Shown here piece by piece: positions 1 to 9,000 of a DNA stretch of 64,000 bases. Made by a program: the position numbers and the translations under genes. The DNA comes from a virus: positions 14,218-78,217 of IMG/VR virus record IMGVR_UViG_3300025941_000667. One strand, written 5' to 3'. Under the pieces are notes generated by a model. That model saw only the letters and a list, made by a program, of their open reading frames with translations, searched no databases and had not been told where the DNA came from. Positions within the stretch are counted from its first letter, which is position 1; the number at the start of each line of letters is the position of its first letter.

Positions 1-3000
1 GAGATATCCCGCAAGTTCCTGCCGTCGCGTGCCGAATGTTTCTTGAAGGTCAGCCATCTTCCCAGTTTACTAGGAGAAGGAGGGACAGGGGGAGCCATAC
101 CGGGAAGATAGGAGGCTTTTGGGGCAGCAACACGGAAGGTGGGGATCTCTCCGTTCTCGTCAGCGAAGATGTCCGCACGCTTCACTTGCTGGCTTGGATT
201 AAATGAAATCTCGGGAGTCACGTAATCCATGAGGGCGCCGGAGCGAATCAACTTCGTGGCGGCGGCATACATTTTATCAGTCCCGGTAGCTACGCTCGGT
301 TGTTCCACATACGCAAACGCCTCTGCCGCACCAAAGCGCAGCAATCCTGCTTTGAGATGGGCTTTTGCTTTCTCTGTGTCGAGGAAGGTCTGTTCATGGA
401 TAGATTGGGCGGCACGGACACGCCCCGTTGCATCACGGTACACGATAGCGACCCAGCCCGTAGGAGCTTGGAGTTCTTTTCCGACGAGTGCGACACTTCC
501 ACTACCTAGAACCATTTTCCCTAACACCTCATGTGGAATTGGCGCTTGATTGGGCTCAAGGGGGTCTTCCGTGCCAGTCACGGAACGATCAAGCGCATAG
601 TGAGTAGATTTGCCTTTGGGATCAATATAGGCATAGGTGTCAAAGTTAATAATGACATGACCGGCGTAGCGGCCACCACCTCCTTCCCTATCCAAGAGTG
701 CAGGGACAACGGAAGAAAAACGGCGATCATCACCAGAAGGGGCAGGATTGCCTCCCGGGTGATTATGAGACAACCACCATTTGACGTTTCCGTTGCCATT
801 GTCTTCTATCTTCAGAATTCGATCTTTGATGTTTTGGATAAAGGCAGATTCTTGTCCTTTGGGAATGACCTGCACGGTTCCAGGAAGCCGCGAGGTAAAC
901 GCTTCATGATCCACGACCTTCCCTTCTTGGGCGTAGACGATATGGAAGGTTTCATACTGCTTGTTCCGGTAGACACGGGCAATGGTGGCAAGGTCTTGGG
1001 CGGTGCGTAACTCTTGACCGTGCAGCGTTATGAACCCTTTCTCTTCGAGGTCCGTGCGGATCGCTTGTGCTGTCGTAATAACGTCTGGAGTTCCTCGGTC
1101 CCGCCCAAGCGTTCCTCCTGCAGTGGATAGGTCTTCGGCTGACGGGATAAGCTGCTGGGTGAGCTGCTCGGCGTGGACTTTGGCGTCGGCTCTGGTTTTG
1201 GGTTCTGGGAAGAGTGCAATTTGTTCATAACTTGACTGTACCTGATCCGGCCCATACTCTGCCGTCGGTTCAGACACGCCTTCTATCTTCAAATGATTTT
1301 CAGTCGCTACGCGAAACGCCATTGCTTTTTCAGCAGTGGGGAACAGAAATCCTTTAGCAAACCGACTCCAACCTCCACTGTTCGCTTTTGCGAAGCCTGC
1401 AACCTTCGCATACTGGTCTGAAGACAATGTCGGGCGGATATTCACCTTCTGAACAGTTTTATTGATACGAGTATCGAGATGTTCTGTTTGAGTAGTGAGC
1501 GGCTTCGGGCCTGCCGGTTCGCCTTGCGGGGGCAAGGTGGCACCGCGACTTGTGAGCTGGTCCGCAAGATTTTCCTGTCGAGACGGCATATTTATATGCT
1601 CAATACGATCAAACAGCTCGTTGATCGTTTTGGCGTCGGAGAGATCAAGATGCGGCCCGTCGGGGATCTGCCTGACTGCCTCTGGAGTGCTGGCTTTCTG
1701 CAACACCACAAGCCGCGTATTCACCCCTGTCCCAGCCCGCTCGAAGGTGACAGAGGGAAGATTGATCGTTGCTATGGGATAGACATTCCCGCCGGGTTCT
1801 TTGCTATCCAGCTCTTGAAATTGTTCCCAGCGCCTATCTGCCATCCCACCACGGGGCAGTATCGCGACAATGCGGCCCCCTTCTGCAAGATGCCCGGCGG
1901 CTTTAATCAGATGCTCAAATGCTGTCTTGCCTCCGGACCCGTACGGCGGGTTCATAAGAATCGCTTGATACTTATTGCTTACATGGTGATTCTCGAACGT
2001 ATCTTCAATGACGGTCGCCTTATTATTGGCAAGTCGCGCACGGTTCGCGAGTTCAGCGGATGGTTCAATCAGTTTCGTGGTCGTATCTTCCGGGATAAAG
2101 CGTCCGATGGCGCCATGGCCGGCAGACGGCTCTAACACATGATTACCTTTACGAATATCGGCAAACTCGACCATTTTGAAGCCGATAGGTTCCGGCGTCG
2201 GGAAGTAGTCTTGGCCTGCCCGTTGGTCGCGGCGGGCGTTGAGTTTTTGTTGCGCCCAGTAATACGTTTTTGCTTTGGCGAATCCTGTCAGCGTTTGTTG
2301 CGCGGCCACGGACTTGTCGTACTCTTTGCCGCCTGTTCCTTCTCCTTCGTAAGGCGTGAAATGCTCAGCTCCGCCATAGGCGTCAATGAACGACTGCCGG
2401 AGGCCACGAGCAAGCACGCCCATACCGAGGTTCTCGGCAGTAGAAGCCCGCTGCGCAATGGACGTAGCAAAAGCGCGGGTTTCCCAGGACGTACCGGTGG
2501 TCATGTAGCGCTGGATCGCATTCGAGGCTTGCCCGATACGATAAATTCGCCCTTCTATTTGAATAGTCGCGACAGGCCGGGATGGCATGCCGAGATTGAT
2601 ATTGACACGCTGATATTTGCCAGTCGTATCATGCAGGCTAATCCCTTCGCGGCCCGCATCGGACTGCACCACAATAATACGATGGGGGTCAGCACCGGGC
2701 TGTTCTGAGTTGAATTGATCAATAGCTTGGCTGCGTTTTTTCTTTGGGACGGTTCCGTTGAAAAAGACCGCTTCAGGGAAGGCTTTTTTCAACGTATCAA
2801 TGGGCGCTTCAAGGTCACTAAAATCCAGATTCGCAAGATCGGTATGCTCTCGGTTGAATTTGTCAATCAGGTCATGGGTATACCAAGTTTCCGTCTTATA
2901 GGTTCCGTTCGACTGTTTGACGGGAATAGTCTGTGCTTCGTTGACGTAATCTTTCTTCTCAAACTTGAATGGATGAAATCCACCGCCTTTGTTGAAGTCG

Positions 3001-6000
3001 TGGAACACAACGACTTTTCGGCCAAGATCCAGATGCGCCTGAATCTGGGGAATCGCCTCTTTTGCTTTGATCGCCTCAAGCAAGAATTGCCGTTTGTGAA
3101 AATCGAAGTTCTGTTCTGCGACTCTATAGAGCGGGTCAAAGACACCGCCGCTACCATTGCGGAGAATGTCAAGTCCGCGGTCAATGTCCTGACCAATCGC
3201 GGAAGGGGTGAGAACGAAGCGCCGATCATAATCAAAGGGGACATCGAGTTGACGGCCAACAAGCGCGCCTTGGTCCTGGAGCCATTGATTAAAGTTCTGC
3301 TCCATGATTTCTGAGTTGACATCGGCAGTCGGCTGTGTGAGTTTGCCAGTCCGCATTCGATAGCCGAAATGCTGGATCATGAAGGCTTGTTGTTTGTCAG
3401 GTGCATTGTAACCGCTACCACCCCGAAGTCCTTCCTGAAAGATGCGGGATGGCGGAACATAATGGAACAGGAATCCTTCTGCGGCATCGACGTTTGGCGC
3501 CCACGCAAATGGGGTCGCGGACAGGAACGTCACCAGCGGGCGATCACCTTCCTGCCAACGTTTTTGATAGAGCGGGCGCTCGCGCTTTTCAATCGCATGA
3601 ACGGCATCGCCTGCTTCTTGGATTTCCCGTTCCATCGCCATGATTTCTTGGTCTGTGGCATCCTGAGAGACATGACGCATGGCCTGTGCAACACGATCAT
3701 AGCGTTCGTATTCTCTCGGATACGCCGTGCGCGCCCAATCAAGAAACGCTACATGGTGCCCTGTCAGTGCGCGAAACATGCGGAGTGTTTCATTGACCGC
3801 GCCCGTTTTCTCGCTCGACATACTATGGGATTCGTCAAGAATAATGAGATCCCAGGTCCGGGGCGCCACGAGCGAAATGTTTTGGTGCATGTTGGCGTAG
3901 GTCGTCACCACCGGGCCACTGCCGCCATTCTCTGTTGTACTTGTCAGAGGGCGAAGGGGGAGCCCGACCAACGCTGCCCGAGTCGCCCACGTTTCCACGA
4001 GTTCTTGCGTCGGAGCAAGCACGAGAATGTTCTTTTTGCCTGCCAAGAATTGACGGTAGGCAATGCCAAGCCCCGTAAACGTTTTGCCGGTCCCAGGTCC
4101 ATTGGTGAACAGCATGCCGTGCTCTTTGACTTTTCCGTCCGCATCAAAGAACCGTTGCTCAGCTTTGAGCACGTCGTTTTGCTGTTCAGGCAGGAGGTAA
4201 GGAACGGTGCGGGCTATGTCTCGGGCGTCTCCGAAGGTGGGGCGTTTGTCAGCATCGGGGAGGGCGTTGAAGTCCTGTTGTCGGGCAAGACGCTCTCCTT
4301 CTGTGGCTGTACCAAGTTCTTGAACATCGTCAACAATGTCTGCTGTTCGCTGTTCGTCAGTGGGTGATCCCGCTTCGCCGCCGCCACTGCTTCCGCTGGG
4401 CTCGTTATCTCCGGTAGCGGATTTCTCAAGGTCAAGTTGGCCGTCTGGTGTATATACTCGCTGATTGCCTGATGTTCCGCCAGCAGCGGGGCTAGTGTCT
4501 GGTACGCCACGATCACCGGCGACGAGAGGCCCTGTGCCCGTAGCGCCTTGGCCTGTTCCTGTAATGTTTGGTTGAGTTCCTCCTGGTTCATTGAGAACAG
4601 GCGATGGAGCGCCGGGTGTTTCAGGTGGACCGTTCGGGCGATCCGGTTCAGGACTGGGGCCGCGATGTGGTACATTCTGTTTCTCCTGCTGTAAGTCGTG
4701 ACGAAGGCGCCGCAGATAAGGGACGGCATTTTGTCCATACGTTGTAATCGCGTCACGAAAGAAATCGGTTAAGGGGCGACCCATTTGCGCAAAATCATCA
4801 AGCGTCTCCAGTAGCAGCGGCTTCACGCGCTCGTAGCGAGCCTCATCCGGGACGGGAGGAGGCGCAGGCGCACCATACGGCGCGTTCTCCTCTTTAAGGG
4901 AGCCGAACTCTTGCAATAATTGCAGTTCGCGCGCAACGCGGGCGGGGGTAGGATCAATCCCTTTATTGACCAAGGATTGCCGAGCTTGCTCTTCAGGGGT
5001 GGCTTGCACTTTCGGAGTACGCGGAGCACGGGGGGCGCGAGGAGGGACAGACGCGCCTTGTGGTCGGGACGCGCGAGGAGGACGAGGAGTCGCAGGAGGA
5101 GCTGGTGGCTGTGCTTCTTGAAGGGCGTTCTCGAAATCATCGTCGGACAAATCAGTGACCGCGGCCCGAGAGGACGCGGGCGCCGCTACTGGAGCGGGCG
5201 GTTCTTCAGCAGGGGACTCACCGGGGGTGGTGGGTTCGGGAACTTCACCCTCGGGGCCAGTTTCGGGGCTGGGAGGCTCACCCTGTGTGCTGGGACTAGA
5301 TGGGGGTGTTGGTTCTGGAGCCGTTGGTACAGCGCCTGGAGTACCTTCTGTTGTACTAGCGGGTTCGTCTGAGAAAAGCGAAGTTTGACCACCGCCTGTT
5401 TCTCCTTCATAAGTTAAGGCCGCACTCCACAAGTCGGCCTTGCTGGGAGTCGGCCCTTTGGGTCCAAACAATTCATGTTGCCGGGGATCGCCTGTTGTTT
5501 CAACGGCATCGAGATACCGGGTAATGAGTGAACCGAGTTTCTTTCCACTGCGTGCATACTTCTCTAGGGTATCCAGCACGTCTTTTTCAAATGGGGTCGC
5601 CTTCGGAGCACCAAACAAAGCGCCTTGTGGATTGTTCAAGTAATTATTGACATTAATGCCCTTCGCCCGCAGACTCGACAGCGTATTTGCGGCAGTGGCA
5701 AGGTCGGAGGCGATGTTCAACGGATAGCGAGCGCCTGCGTCAATGCGCTCTTGGAGCTTCACAAACCGGGGCGCGGTGACCACCAGCGCATTCATGATGG
5801 CTTTGACATTTGCGTCAGGGTCTTCCCCGATCCGAGTCACCATCTCAGGATTGCCGTAGGCTTTCGCAATGATCGCGTTCCGTACTCGCTGAATGCCGGT
5901 GGTATTAAGACCGCTGCCGTCCTCCATGTAATAGTTCGGCCACTCATTCTTAGGGACGAGGTCCGTAAAGAACTGGTTAATGAAACCGGCATTTTGGGCG

Positions 6001-9000
6001 CTGTTCAGGTTGCCGTCTTCGGCTGGAACAAACTGCCGCACGAGTTCAGGACTCATGTTCTTTGCGTCCATGAACGCAATTTCTTTGGGCGACATACCGG
6101 CCACGCCAGGATTGTTGGCCTCCTGCGCAAACTTGACCCGGTTCGGAACTTCGGTCTGTCGAACCCGCACCAAGACAGGTGCTTTCATGTTCTGGATAGC
6201 CTGCGGGTCGAGACCCCAGCGGGGCGCATTGTCTACGAGCCACTGTTTGTAGTCGCCCGCCGTGCCGCGGGCGTAGGCTTTACGCAGCCCCATGGTGCGG
6301 CCATTGCCGCTTTCTACGGTCTTGTCAGGGCCAACAATCGGAGCACCGGGAGATGGGGTAGGTGTATCGCCTAGCCGGGCAGTATCAGGCTTATTCCCAA
6401 TCTCTTCCACTTGAAGACGAAGTGATTGTTGATCACGGTTACGTGGTTGCAGTTCCTGCGGGTAATCAGGATTTGCGCGGTAATTGTCATCGTGCGAGGT
6501 CACCAAGTCAGGCGCTTCCGCAACAGCTAACCGGGTATCAAATTTTGTCCCTGCTTCGGTGGTCACAGGATGGGGGTGGCCCATCAGGAAGCCGGAAGGG
6601 GTTTCTTGTGGAGGCGGTTCTTGACTTTGTGAAGAGGATTGTGGTATAGTAAGGGGTGCTCCCAGTTCTGAACTAGGAGCACCAGACACGTTACTCGTAG
6701 GAGGAGCAACATGCCCTTGATCACTTGTGTCTGTTTTTTCTGTGGGACTCAATTTTTGCGGCGGCCTTCCCAAATCACTCGGGGAAGGGACCATACTTTC
6801 TGTGGTCTGCCCTGCCATTTTGCGTATCGTCGTGTCGGCAATATCACTGCGAAGGGATATCGAGTTTTTCGGATCAAAGACAAGCGGATCTCCGAGCACC
6901 GCTTGGTCATGGAGCGACACTTGGGACGACGACTTGATCCCACGGAGGACATTCATCACATTGACGGGAACGGACTGAACAACGCTATTGAAAATTTGAG
7001 GGTCATGCAGCGCTCTGATCACAACGCTCATCATCATCCGTTGACTTGGGATATCGAAGCCGCCAAGGCCATGCTCACGAAAGGCCGGACTGTTCGAGAA
7101 CTCGCGCAGACGATCGGCGTCAGTGAGAGTGCTATCGCGCATGCCTTGAAAAGGCGCAACATTTCCGTGAATAGGCTGAGGAAGGACGGGATGAACAGGA
7201 AAATTGAGGCTGCCCGCGCCTTGCGGGAGCAAGGATGGACCTTCCGGCGCATTGCTAGGGAGTTGGGTTTCTCCCTCAGTTATCTTTTTCGTGCTTTGCG
7301 GTAACGATGACTCTTCTTTTGCGCTGGAAAGCGCGGTTTGGTGTGGCAGTTGCTCTTGACTTGGCGCAGGCTCTTCTGTCTGTTGTTCCGGCGTAGGAGC
7401 AGGTGCTTCTTGTGGAGCAGGTCCAGCTTCTACGACTTTCGGAGGTTCGTCCACTTTAGGAGATTCGAATTTCGGAGCCTCAGTTTCGAGAGGGGCTATG
7501 GGTTTCTCAGGAGCAGTCGGGACTTGGATAGGCGGCTTCTTTCCGCGTGCTAACGCTTCCGCAACCGTGCGCAGCTGGGCAGGCTGCATCTTATCCAAAT
7601 GGGATTCCCCCGTGAGTTGCTTTGTCCACTCACCAAACGCTGGATTCTTCTCCGCATCGGATTCTATCCCATGACGCTGTGCAATCGTATGGATATCTGT
7701 TGGACGTAAAGTGTATTCATTGCCCGGCTCAATAGTCTTATTAAGATTAGGATGTGCCTCAGTTGGAGCCTCTTCTTTTGTCGCTGGAGACAATATGGGT
7801 TCCGGCGCTGTCGGTGGAGTAACTGGTGGCGTTACCGGAGCTTCCTGCTTCGCCTTCGGCTGTATCCCGACCTCTTCAATCATCTTCCGCAACGGACTCG
7901 CCTGCTTGATAGAGATGCCAAGTTCTTTACGAATTTCGGATATAGTTGGAACTCGACCAAGCCCCTGCGCATACTGGAGTGCGCGTTCTTCGAGACTGCC
8001 GGCGGGAGGAGCAGCAAGTTTTACTTGGGGCGGCTGTGCAACAATCGGGGGTGGCGACTGGGTCGATACTGGGGAAGTGGACTGCGCTGCATTGACATCT
8101 CGGAGAAATGGAGAGTCTTCAGGAACATCTACATAACGGATTTTCTTTCCGTTGACCGTCACAGTTGTGAGCGAGTATTTCTTCGGAAGACTCGCGGCGA
8201 GATTAGGAAAATCGGACTCATACAAACGCGCCATCCCTGGAGGAATACGCCCTTCACCATATTTTGGCGCTGGGGATGGCGCTTGTTCAGGTTGAACAGG
8301 GGGCTGTTCAGTTTTTGGCGCTGCCTGTTCAGTTTGAGGAGCCGGCTGTTCAAGAGGGGCGCCCTTTGCGGGTGGGGGGAGTGTAGGCGGCTGCGGGCCA
8401 GCTGGACGGAGCTTACGATAAGCCTTATCAATCGCTGACGTCTCTTGCGGCGTCAGATTCTTGACTTCCAACCACTTTGAGTAGAGTTCTTGGGCTTCGG
8501 GACCAAGAGCGGCAATGTCTTGTGGGGTGAGTTCTTGCCCGTCAGTCCAGCGGGTCAGTGCTTGATTTTGTGGGTCATTTGCCGGGGCATTCTTCCGTAT
8601 ATTTTTGAGCGTAGAACGAAGATTACTAGCAACCGCATCAACTGGCGCATCGTTAGGTAATCCCAAATCCTTTTTAAGGCCAAGATATTCCCGTTCACCT
8701 AATGACAACGGACGACCAAGAATAGACGAAGCCGAGAGTGGTTCACCAACAGCTTTTACACCAAGAGCAAAGCCACCGAGTTGCCCCGCCTGTTCACCGA
8801 TCGCTTTCCCGCGCGCAGCGCCCGCAGGTCCACCAAGTGCACCTCCTGTCATTGTCCCAGCAACTTCAGTAAGTGGGGTGAGCGCTTTCGCTGCCGCCAT
8901 GCCACCCACAATACCCATCGGGTGAGTAGCTAAGGCAGGAATCATGGAAAGTGCAAGAATATCGCCAACTCCAGGATTTGGTTCCGACGGTGGTGGCGTT

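Noticed and set aside
229-6649. Long plus-strand ORFs (e.g. 1479-2135, 2139-2708, 2715-3314, 3369-4367, 5625-6374)
   Set aside because: Antisense shadows of the giant minus-strand gene. They have no motifs or RBS, unlike the HNH at 6711.
6600-7330. Intein or group I/II intron explanation for the HNH insert
   Set aside because: The endonuclease is on the opposite strand. I found no Cys/Ser...His-Asn splice junction pattern in the host frame, and there is no room for a ribozyme core. Not formally excluded without RNA data.
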